This document shows positions 37,121 to 45,441 of a DNA stretch of 64,000 nt, piece by piece. The position numbers and the translations under genes are program-made. Source of the stretch: Lachnospiraceae bacterium UBA1683 (GTDB lineage: Bacteria > Bacillota > Clostridia > Lachnospirales > Lachnospiraceae); assembly GCA_002320245.1 (NCBI GenBank), contig DCKD01000044.1, positions 5,225 through 69,224 of the forward strand, given 5' to 3'. Each line of letters starts with the position of its first letter. The stretch's first letter is position 1. The notes under the pieces are model-generated. The model saw only the letters and a list, made by a program, of their open reading frames with translations, ran no database searches and was not told the origin of the DNA.

Positions 37121-37246
37121 GCCAGTTGGAAACAAAACTTCAGAGCATTACGGGGCAGCGGTGGCGAATGTGGTATATTCCCTTAAACGAAAGATTGAAG
37201 ATGGGTAGAAACGGTGGTTGGGAGCGGATATCGGTTTGTGGGGTAA
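37121..37246 (+). pseudogene. 3' fragment of an orphan winged-helix gene (copy-3-like)
   Basis: It aligns with 34605-34736. A 3-nt loss turns GGGTACATAGAAACG into GGGTAGAAACG (TAG), and the frame is broken further on. Confidence 0.75.
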
Positions 37247-37249
37247 AAG

Positions 37250-37295
37250 AACATCCCAGAGTAGCAATGTAGAATTGCTGCTTTGGGATGTTTTC
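37250..37295 (+). terminator. rho-independent terminator retained with the fragment
   Basis: GAACATCCCAGAG...CTTTGGGATGTT followed by TTT. The homologous hairpin follows copy 3 at about 34740-34785. Confidence 0.6.
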
Positions 37296-37393
37296 ATGTA
37301 ATCTGATAAAAAAATAAAGAAGAAATCTTTATGGAATCTTCAAAATTACCCGGTATGCTATCCATGAAATCAAAAGAAAGGACTTGATATTAT

Positions 37394-38095
37394 ATGGATA
37401 TGATTTTGAAAACAACAAATCTCTGCAAATCATTCAGCGGGCAGACAGTCGTAAATAACATATCGCTGAACATTGAAAAAAATTCCGTCTATGGATTGTT
37501 AGGACCAAACGGAGCCGGAAAATCCACAACACTCAAAATGATAACAGGTATTTTGAAGCCCACATCTGGGAGTATCGAGTTTGACGGCCACGCATGGAAG
37601 CGGAGCGACTTAAACCATATTGGAGCATTGATTGAAATGCCGCCGCTTTATGAGAATTTAACCGCCTATGAAAATCTGAAAGCTAGGTCAACCCTTTTAG
37701 GGCTGACAGACAAAAGGATTGAGGAAGTGCTTCAAATTGTCCGGTTGACAGAAACAGGCAGGAAAAGAGCCGGACAGTTTTCACTTGGAATGAAGCAGCG
37801 GCTTGGAATTGCGATTGCATTATTAAACAGTCCGAAGCTGCTTATTCTCGACGAGCCTACAAACGGTCTTGATCCGGTAGGGATTGAAGAACTTAGGGAG
37901 CTTATCCGTTCATTTCCGGAAAAAGGAATTACCGTTATTTTATCCAGTCATATTCTTTCCGAGGTGCAGCAGACAGCAGACCATATCGGCATTATTGCGG
38001 GTGGTATCTTAGGCTATGAGGGGAAACTTAATGCAAATGAAAATTTGGAACAGCTTTTTATGGACGTTGTGAAAAGCAATCACAGGGAGGGCTAA
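37394..38095 (+). CDS. lantibiotic-protection ABC transporter ATP-binding subunit (LanF-like)
   Basis: GPNGAGKSTTLKMITG, FSLGMKQRLGIA and LLILDEPTNGLD. It is followed by MutE/MutG-type permeases. Confidence 0.8.
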   Translation: MDMILKTTNLCKSFSGQTVVNNISLNIEKNSVYGLLGPNGAGKSTTLKMITGILKPTSGSIEFDGHAWKRSDLNHIGALIEMPPLYENLTAYENLKARSTLLGLTDKRIEEVLQIVRLTETGRKRAGQFSLGMKQRLGIAIALLNSPKLLILDEPTNGLDPVGIEELRELIRSFPEKGITVILSSHILSEVQQTADHIGIIAGGILGYEGKLNANENLEQLFMDVVKSNHREG

Positions 38096-38098
38096 AGT

Positions 38099-38821
38099 AT
38101 GAATTACTTAAAATCAGAGCATTTGAAATTCAAAAGGACAATATCAAACAAGCTGCTTTTCATCATTCCACTAATTACAGCTATTTTTGCATGGATAGTG
38201 GGCGGCTTTATCGGGTTTCAATATACAACGCTTTACTGGTGGTATGCGTTCCTACTTCCGGGAGCAATCGCAATTTTATGTTCCTTATCACACCGGAAAG
38301 AAGAAAGCGCAGGGAAATATTATTCTGTATTTTCTATGCCCATGAACCTTTTAAAATTTGAAATAGCAAAAGGAATGATTCTGATTGAAAAGCTGCTTGT
38401 GGCAGGAGTATTTTTAGCATTGCTTATCTCAATCAGCAATATCATTTCCCCGGCAACAGCGGTATATTCTGTTCCGCAGAGTATAGCAGGCAGTATAGCG
38501 ATTGTGATAGCGTCCGTCTGGCAAATCCCGTTGTGCCTGTACCTTGCGCGTAAAATAGGACTATTTGTACCGATAATGCTAAATACTGTACTTGGGATAT
38601 TTCTTCCTATCCTGTTAGGAAACACAGCCGTTTGGTGGCTCATGCCGTATTGTTGGGCGGCGAAGCTGGCGGAGCCGCTTATGGGGATTGAATTAAACGG
38701 AACTTTTGCAGGAAATCCCGGCTTTTCTTGTACCATTTTTATCTCTGCCGCACTATCAATATTCTTATTCATTGTCTTATCTTTTGTGGACGCAAAGGAC
38801 TTTGCAAAAGGAGGTAGATAA
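38099..38821 (+). CDS. lantibiotic immunity ABC permease, MutE/EpiE-like
   Basis: MNYLKSEHLKFKRTISNKL..., 6 TMs. Confidence 0.7.
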   Translation: MNYLKSEHLKFKRTISNKLLFIIPLITAIFAWIVGGFIGFQYTTLYWWYAFLLPGAIAILCSLSHRKEESAGKYYSVFSMPMNLLKFEIAKGMILIEKLLVAGVFLALLISISNIISPATAVYSVPQSIAGSIAIVIASVWQIPLCLYLARKIGLFVPIMLNTVLGIFLPILLGNTAVWWLMPYCWAAKLAEPLMGIELNGTFAGNPGFSCTIFISAALSIFLFIVLSFVDAKDFAKGGR

Positions 38822-38822
38822 G

Positions 38823-39554
38823 ATGGGGTTTCTGGGGGCGGTTCATTCCGAACTGATAAAAGTAAAGCATACGTCCTTTGGGGCAATTCATTTATGCGTA
38901 CCTGTTCTTGGGGCGTTGCTGTTTATTGTTTACTATGTCCTATATGGAAACACAGCGGATTACAAAAAATTAAAAATGATATTAGAGCTTACGGCCACCA
39001 TTTTTCCTTTGCTGATAAGTGTTGTTGTGAGCTTGAATGTCTTATTAGAAGAAAAGGCTTCACACTTTCAAATATTACTTGGAGTGCCTAACCGGTATAA
39101 AGTTGTACTGACAAAATTAGCCGTTTTATATGGAGCAGGAATAACCGCGCTGTTTTGCCTGCTCCTTGTCTTTCTGCTCGGCGTTCATTTTTTGAGAATA
39201 GATGATACCGTACAACTTAGTATGTTAGTCAAAGCAGCCGCAGGAATGGCCTTTTGCAATTTAATTATTTATGCGCTGCATTTATTTCTTAGCTTTCGGT
39301 TTGGACTGGGTATCTCATTGTTTTGGGGAGTATTTGAAAGCCTGCAATGTATTCTATACAGTAATATCGAGTTAAAAGGTATAGGGCGATATATCCCCTT
39401 TGCATGGTCTATGAACTGGGTGCATGATGTTATGAACAACGTCCTGTCCATTCATGGGAGAGAATGGATAGGAATTACTGTATTGACAATAAGCGGCGTA
39501 TTATTAACTTTACTATGGTTTTCTCATTGGGAGGGACGAAAAAATTATGAATAA
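38823..39554 (+). CDS. lantibiotic immunity ABC permease, MutG-like
   Basis: MGFLGAVHSELIKVKHTSF..., 6 TMs. The start is placed 2 nt after the previous stop; the track start at 38706 is rejected. Confidence 0.7.
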   Translation: MGFLGAVHSELIKVKHTSFGAIHLCVPVLGALLFIVYYVLYGNTADYKKLKMILELTATIFPLLISVVVSLNVLLEEKASHFQILLGVPNRYKVVLTKLAVLYGAGITALFCLLLVFLLGVHFLRIDDTVQLSMLVKAAAGMAFCNLIIYALHLFLSFRFGLGISLFWGVFESLQCILYSNIELKGIGRYIPFAWSMNWVHDVMNNVLSIHGREWIGITVLTISGVLLTLLWFSHWEGRKNYE

Positions 39555-40362
39555 AAACAAAAAAATAATTATACTTCTGCTGTTTACCTTTATCGTTTGT
39601 GTGGCTCTTGCAGGCTGCACTTTACAGGACAGAATCGAAGAATATTCCAGCGACAAGGAACAATGCTATCTGAATACGGAAAACGTAACACGTTTTTCCT
39701 ATAAGGGTAACGATTACACCATTTTGGCAGATACCGTATCAAATGGTGGGCTTGGAAAATGGATTGGATATATCCGGCAACTTGCCGCCATAGATGAGAA
39801 CGGAAAAATATTGCTGCAAGAAAATGTTGAAACGGCGACTTTTCAATCCTTAGCGGATTTGGCAGAGAAAGCACCAGAAGCCGCTTACATTATTCCTTTT
39901 CTCAATGTATATGCAGCTCCTAACGCAGACGATTATCTGATTGTAGATGTAAACGGAGGGTATCATAAAGCTGTTATCAGCGAGAATGTCAAGGATAGCG
40001 ATACTGTTTTTGATTTTAAGGAAACAGAAGAATCTATAAATGACAGCTTTGAAGTCAATCCAGAAAATGCGACACAGCTCCTTTGTGGCGAAACGGTTTA
40101 TCAAGTAACGTCTGAGATGGTATCAGATGATGAATTAGGCAGCTACATTGATATTCTTGCGGAAAGAGTTACATTCGATACAGAAACGAAAATCCCTTTG
40201 TCAAAGGAAGATTTAAGCAATATTGACTGGTACGGGGAAAATGCCGGACAGGGGCGAGAGTATTGGTTTTACACAGATGTCTATGAGATTTACGGAACCG
40301 ATAAAGCGGAAGCGGTTGCAGTCAAGGTAAATAATAACTACTATATTGCAAAGCGGCAATGA
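39547..40362 (+). CDS. lipoprotein of unknown function
   Basis: Signal peptide with the lipobox LAGC (MNKNKKIIILLLFTFIVCVALAGCTL). It sits inside the immunity operon. Confidence 0.7.
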   Translation: MNKNKKIIILLLFTFIVCVALAGCTLQDRIEEYSSDKEQCYLNTENVTRFSYKGNDYTILADTVSNGGLGKWIGYIRQLAAIDENGKILLQENVETATFQSLADLAEKAPEAAYIIPFLNVYAAPNADDYLIVDVNGGYHKAVISENVKDSDTVFDFKETEESINDSFEVNPENATQLLCGETVYQVTSEMVSDDELGSYIDILAERVTFDTETKIPLSKEDLSNIDWYGENAGQGREYWFYTDVYEIYGTDKAEAVAVKVNNNYYIAKRQ

Positions 40363-40423
40363 CAGCTTTCCTGCCCTTGTAGCTTGTGCTATACTAAAAA
40401 GGACAACGAAAGGAGGCGACAAT

Positions 40424-41083
40424 ATGGCAGCGATCCTTATGATTGATGATGAACAGGCTATTTTAGAGCTTGTCAAAAACGGACTGCAAAAGGACGGGCA
40501 TTTTGTAACTGCCTATACCTCTGCTGCACAGGTGCCGCTTGATAAACTGCACAGGTATGATTTGATTATACTGGATATTATGATGCCGGATATAGATGGT
40601 TTTTCTTATTGTGATAAAATCCGTTCCCTTGTGGACTGCCCCATTCTTTTTCTGACAGCAAAGACAATGGAGCATGACATCACATTTGGGCTTGGTCTGG
40701 GCGCAGACGACTATCTGACAAAACCATTCCGTATTGCAGAATTGCGAGCGAGGGTAAACGCCCACTTACGACGTGAACACAGGGAACGACATACCGCACT
40801 TACCTTTGACCGGATAAAAATTGATTTATCTGCAAAAGAATTACGGGTAGATAACACGCCCGTTACCTTAACCAAAAGCGAATATCTGATTTGTGAATAT
40901 CTTGCAAGGAACAAAGGACAGGTATTTTCAAAAGAACAGATTTACGAAGCGGTTTTCAGCTTAGAGGGCGACAGTGATAATTCTACAATTTCTACTCACA
41001 TCAAAAATATCCGGGCAAAATTGAACAAACTGGAAATTCAGCCGATAGCGACAGTCTGGGGGATAGGGTATAAATGGGAATAA
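40424..41083 (+). CDS. OmpR-family response regulator (TCS-3)
   Basis: ILMIDDE...LIILDIMMPDIDG...LTAK plus the winged helix TISTHIKNIRAKL...VWGIGYKW. Confidence 0.9.
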   Translation: MAAILMIDDEQAILELVKNGLQKDGHFVTAYTSAAQVPLDKLHRYDLIILDIMMPDIDGFSYCDKIRSLVDCPILFLTAKTMEHDITFGLGLGADDYLTKPFRIAELRARVNAHLRREHRERHTALTFDRIKIDLSAKELRVDNTPVTLTKSEYLICEYLARNKGQVFSKEQIYEAVFSLEGDSDNSTISTHIKNIRAKLNKLEIQPIATVWGIGYKWE

Positions 41084-42438
41084 AGAAAAAAACATCACTA
41101 AAAGAGTCTTTTTGGAAATTCTTATTTATGCTTCTGATTGGGCTAATAGGCGCGGTGGTGATACCATTCAGTCTTATTTTAGCCGGAACCAGTACGGGAC
41201 TTATTACCTATGCGGATTATTCAGAACGCAGTGCAAAAAACCTTGCTCCTGTTATTGCTGCGACGCCGGATTTGACAGACGTGCAGCTTCCTATGGGTTG
41301 CAAGTATTTGGTGCTGGATAAGAATTATCAAGTGACAGAAACGACCTTAGAGGGCGACGATTTAGACCGGGCTATGGAGTATGCAATATCCGGGAAGATA
41401 AATACAAACCTCAACAAACAGTATTTGCTTGTGACCCGCGAAAATGAATATGTGGTGCTGCAATATTATATAGGCTCACAGTTTACAAATGAATGGCTTT
41501 ATGAGCATTTCCCCTCACCGGAAATTCTGCTTTATATTCTTATAGCAATCAACTGTATTGCAGTATGCGTGATATTGACAGCGAAGTTTGCAAAAAATAT
41601 GCGGGCGCAGCTCTCCCCGCTTTTTGAAGCAACAAGGCAGGTTGCCGGACAAAATCTTGATTTTGAAGTGGGACATTCAAAAATCAAAGAATTTGAGGAC
41701 GTACTTTGTTCTTTTGCTAATATGAAAGATAATCTGAAAATATCTTTAGAGAAGCAATGGCACGCGGAACAATTACAAAGAGAACAGATTGCAGCACTCG
41801 CTCATGATTTGAAAACACCTTTGACCGTCATTCAAGGAAATATTGATTTGATAAGTGAAACGGAATTGGATGCAGAGCAGAAATTATACGCTGGGTATAT
41901 TACGGAAAGTTCGGAACAGATGCAGTCCTATATAAAGATATTGATCGACATATCCAGGGCAGCAGTTGGGTACCAGCTTCGGAAAGAAAAGGTGGACTTC
42001 CGCGAGTACATACGAAAATTAAATGTACAGATTGGATCTTTGTGTAAGATAAAAGGAATACATTTGCAGGAAAATATATTGTCCGTACCTCAAAGTTTAG
42101 AAATTGACGGTATGTTATTGGAACGTGCGATTATGAATATCGTAAATAATGCTTTGGATTATTCACCGCAGGGAGGGACAATTTATGTAGAAGTGTGTAA
42201 TTTGGGAAGTAATACGCAAATTTCAATAGCGGATGAAGGCAATGGATTTTCTAAAGAAGCATTGAAACATGCCCATGAAAGATTTTTTATGGATGATCAA
42301 AGTCGCGGTTCAAAGATGCATTTTGGTATGGGATTGTATATCGCAGAATCTATTGTAAAACAGCACGGTGGAAATTTGATATTAGAGAATTCAAAACAAA
42401 CACATGGGGCAAATGTGATTATAAAAATCCCATGTTAA
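41074..42438 (+). CDS. sensor histidine kinase (TCS-3)
   Basis: Two TMs flank an extracytoplasmic domain of about 140 aa. H-box AHDLKTPL, G-box GMGLYIAESIV. Confidence 0.9.
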   Translation: MGIKKKTSLKESFWKFLFMLLIGLIGAVVIPFSLILAGTSTGLITYADYSERSAKNLAPVIAATPDLTDVQLPMGCKYLVLDKNYQVTETTLEGDDLDRAMEYAISGKINTNLNKQYLLVTRENEYVVLQYYIGSQFTNEWLYEHFPSPEILLYILIAINCIAVCVILTAKFAKNMRAQLSPLFEATRQVAGQNLDFEVGHSKIKEFEDVLCSFANMKDNLKISLEKQWHAEQLQREQIAALAHDLKTPLTVIQGNIDLISETELDAEQKLYAGYITESSEQMQSYIKILIDISRAAVGYQLRKEKVDFREYIRKLNVQIGSLCKIKGIHLQENILSVPQSLEIDGMLLERAIMNIVNNALDYSPQGGTIYVEVCNLGSNTQISIADEGNGFSKEALKHAHERFFMDDQSRGSKMHFGMGLYIAESIVKQHGGNLILENSKQTHGANVIIKIPC

Positions 42439-42702
42439 TGGCATTACGGGCAGTAAGAAAAACGCTGCCCGTTTTTTTGTGCAAATCTTTATGAAATCTT
42501 CAAAATTATCCAATAACATAATCTTAGATTATCACACCAGTTGCGATTGCGGTTAAAATAATTCGTTGTCATATTTTGTCGAACGATTTTCAAAATATTA
42601 TACCATTCATAACTCATCCATAACTCGTTCATAACCCGGTGTTTTATAATGGCAGATAACGAGAAAAACCAGCAGCAACAAGGAATTCTTGTCCTACTGG
42701 TT

Positions 42703-43074
42703 TCACTCAGATTTTTCCGCATCGGACTCACTGTGCTGGGCCAGAAATTGCTCAGTCATACAGTCCACGGTGTTCAACATGAATTTCCGTTCCTGCGGAT
42801 GGCATATTTGGAATTTCCCGATGAGATGTTCTATATCCATATCTTCATCGGAAATCTCCGGGTTGAACAGTATGTTCGCTGAAATTCCTAACCGATTCAC
42901 AATCGGATAGAGGATTTCAAAGGAAGGGTTCATCTGTCCCTTCTCTATGTTCTGGATGGTCTTGATTGCCACATGGCAATCGTCCGCCAGTTCCTGTTGG
43001 GTTAGCTTGCAGACGTGTCTTGCGGCGCGGATACAGTTACCCAAATGTGCTAATTTGTCTTTCCGCATAATCAT
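42703..43074 (-). CDS. XRE-family HTH regulator, Tn916 orf9-like position
   Basis: LGNCIRAARHVCKLTQQELADDCHVAIKTIQNIEKGQMNPSFEIL. It is divergent from the sigma/orf8-like pair. Confidence 0.8.
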   Translation of the reverse strand: MIMRKDKLAHLGNCIRAARHVCKLTQQELADDCHVAIKTIQNIEKGQMNPSFEILYPIVNRLGISANILFNPEISDEDMDIEHLIGKFQICHPQERKFMLNTVDCMTEQFLAQHSESDAEKSE

Positions 43075-43560
43075 TCACCTCACATATATTCTATCGTGCC
43101 GATTTGGGTTTTCACATTCCCTAATCGTACCTACATAGTATGCAAGATTATGCCGATTGTGGAAATGGAATATAGAAAGCCCTGTCGGGGAGTCAATAAA
43201 AAAAACGGCTTCCCGCAGCAGGGCTTATTCGTGTTTGCCATCTGTGGTTTGCCGTAAGGAGAAAACCGTGGATGGCATTATTTTTGTGAAAGGGTATAGG
43301 TTCCAACCGGGTGGACAATTAAAAAAATCCTAGCATTCGATGCGGAGTCTTATACCTACGAACAGGCATTATATTGCGTGTTTAATACCTATAATAATAC
43401 CTATAATGCATATTACTACCATATCTGGAACTATCACGTCAGGAAGCAGCAGAAGCTCCCTGGCGTTTTTCTATGTCAATTTCTGACGAATTTCCTTGAT
43501 TGTTATTGGAGCAGAGGCCCTCCGTGTTTGTTTTGTGCCTCTATTGAAAATATAGCCCAT

Positions 43561-43855
43561 GAAAAATTTTTTGAGAAATTTCCGTTTTCATTTCCGATTT
43601 TGAAAAGCTGAATTGTTTTAGTTATTTAAAGGGGAAAAAGGGGCATTTCTACTGCCCGGAAAAATTTTTTGAAAAAATTTTGAAAAACCTTTCCGGTTTG
43701 GGGTGGGCAGATCTGTCTTAGTAGTTAAAGGGGACAAAAGGACAGTTCTGCCACTCGGAAAAATTTTTTGAGAAATTTTCAAAAACCTTTCCGGTTTTGC
43801 ATGGGCAGATTTGTCTTAGTAGTTCAAAGGAGGCGATAAGGACCACTCAACACTG
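43561..43855. repeat. tandem repeat, 3 units of about 98 bp (starts 43561, 43659, 43758)
   Basis: Each unit opens with GAAAAATTTTTTGA(G/A)AAA(T)TTT. Units 2 and 3 are close; unit 1 is more diverged. The last unit runs into the sigma gene's RBS. Confidence 0.85.
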
Positions 43856-43876
43856 CATAGGAAAGGGGGAACGATC

Positions 43877-44311
43877 ATGTCGGCTCCCTTAAAAGACAAG
43901 GACTGCATCATTGCCATATTTGACAGTTTTGCCAAGACCGTGATGAAGAACGAGTGCAGGGATGCAGTGGAACAGGAAAAAAGAAAACGACAAAAAGAAC
44001 AGACGGCGACAGAGAAGATGCAGTATCTGTTTGAGACACAGGTGCAGGAGGACGTTTATCCGTCCGAGCATCTGGTTCTGCAGGGAAAATCCCATATTTG
44101 TGTGATTACCTGTGAACTGCTGTACAATGCCATGCTGAAATTGACAGAAACGCAGCGGGAAGTGCTGATCCTGGATTTCTGGTATGGGTACACGGATATT
44201 GAGATTGCTGCACAGTTTTCTGTGACGCCAAGAACAATCTACAACTGGCGGCAGAAGGCTTTTGCTGCTATAAGAAACTATCATGAAAGGAACCATTATG
44301 AAAGAAAATGA
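43877..44311 (+). CDS. sigma-70-family (region 4) regulator, Tn916 orf7-like
   Basis: LTETQREVLILDFWYGYTDIEIAAQFSVTPRTIYNWRQKAFAAI. Confidence 0.8.
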   Translation: MSAPLKDKDCIIAIFDSFAKTVMKNECRDAVEQEKRKRQKEQTATEKMQYLFETQVQEDVYPSEHLVLQGKSHICVITCELLYNAMLKLTETQREVLILDFWYGYTDIEIAAQFSVTPRTIYNWRQKAFAAIRNYHERNHYERK

Positions 44312-44546
44312 ACTTACATACGAGCTGATCTGCGCCGCCGTAAAAGGCGACCAGGAGGCGCTCGACCAGATTTTGATTTATTATGACGATTACATTAACA
44401 CATTAGCGACAGTGAAGGCCAAGGACGCACAGGGGAATGAGTACCAGTATGTGGACGGCGACTTAAAGACACGGATTCAGATGAAACTGGTTGATGCAAT
44501 ACCGAAGTGGAGGGGATTAAGAAATGTTGACGACAGACTTATTTGA
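44298..44546 (+). CDS. Tn916 orf8-like helix-turn-helix protein, copy 3 (divergent)
   Basis: MKENELTYELICAAVKGDQEALDQILIYYDDYINTLATVK... It overlaps the sigma gene's 3' end. Confidence 0.65.
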   Translation: MKENELTYELICAAVKGDQEALDQILIYYDDYINTLATVKAKDAQGNEYQYVDGDLKTRIQMKLVDAIPKWRGLRNVDDRLI

Positions 44547-45333
44547 TTTTGCCTTTGTGCCGGACTGGTACGGGCAGCTGGATGAATTGGCACAGATGGC
44601 GCTCCCGGAGCCATGGAAGTTTAAGAAACCGGCCAATGCCACAAAAAACCAGGACACCCCTATTCTTGAGCGTTACATACATACTATTTTTCGGAAACAG
44701 TGTATTGAATTCAATTCGGCGGAGGATGACGATAGGGCAGGACAGTTCTTCCATGTGGAGAACGAGCGCGCGTGTTTCCATACCGGACTTTACAACAGCC
44801 GGTATAAGGGAATCTATGCCTTCTTTGACCGGAACCATAAGAAGGATTCCATGTTGGACTGGTATTTCCGGGGATTCTGTGACGAGCTGTCACCGTGGCT
44901 TAGATACATACAGCCGCTGCCGCAGAAGCCTTCCTACTATATGGCGCAGAGGGGCGCAGGCTTCCATCCGGACTGGCCGATTCGGGTAAATGTCGAACAC
45001 ATCCTGGGGGATGCAGACAATCTGGAACGGATACCGGCGAAGATCCGCAAGGCGAAGAACCTGCCGCTTTTGTTTGAGACAGCGGTGGAACTTGGCAGGA
45101 GGCGTGCAGTAGTAGAACCGGGGATTGTAGTGCCGCAGGGATATCAGGGGAAGATACAGTACCTCCTCCCGGTTTATCTGACGAATATGAAGAAACCGGA
45201 TCTTGTCATGACGCTGGAAGTGATGGACGGCTATTACATGGGACATACCTGCCTGACTCTGGAAATGGCTTACCTAAACGCCAGGGTGGTTGCGCGGCCG
45301 CTGGTTCCGTGGCTGACAGAACTTGTGAAATAG
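44524..45333 (+). CDS. hypothetical protein, possibly DUF3825-like
   Basis: 269 aa. LFDFAFVPDWYGQLDELAQMALPEPW... The family assignment is from memory and unverified. Confidence 0.4.
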   Translation: MLTTDLFDFAFVPDWYGQLDELAQMALPEPWKFKKPANATKNQDTPILERYIHTIFRKQCIEFNSAEDDDRAGQFFHVENERACFHTGLYNSRYKGIYAFFDRNHKKDSMLDWYFRGFCDELSPWLRYIQPLPQKPSYYMAQRGAGFHPDWPIRVNVEHILGDADNLERIPAKIRKAKNLPLLFETAVELGRRRAVVEPGIVVPQGYQGKIQYLLPVYLTNMKKPDLVMTLEVMDGYYMGHTCLTLEMAYLNARVVARPLVPWLTELVK

Positions 45334-45358
45334 GGATAAGAGAATAAAGATAGAGAGA

Positions 45359-45403
45359 CGCCCGACAAAGTTAGATGCACATAGGATGGTGCTTTGTCGG
45401 GCG
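45359..45403. terminator. 12-bp-stem hairpin between convergent genes (bidirectional terminator candidate)
   Basis: CGCCCGACAAAG-21 nt-CTTTGTCGGGCG. Confidence 0.6.
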
Positions 45404-45441
45404 CAAAGTAAGAAAACGATTGGTGGTTTATTGTGTCCGAA

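Noticed and set aside
38706-38822. Upstream extension of the MutG-like permease ORF (track start 38706).
   Set aside because: It would overlap the MutE-like gene by 116 nt. The ATG at 38823, 2 nt after the preceding stop, gives the expected N-terminus (MGFLGAVHSELIK).
43378-43611. 77-aa ORF in the orf9-like/sigma intergenic region.
   Set aside because: It has no RBS, it runs into the first 98-bp repeat unit, and its composition is AT-rich non-coding-like.
43561-43855. The tandem repeats considered as a possible CRISPR array.
   Set aside because: The period is about 98 bp with no unique spacers between conserved repeats. There are only three diverging units and no cas genes.
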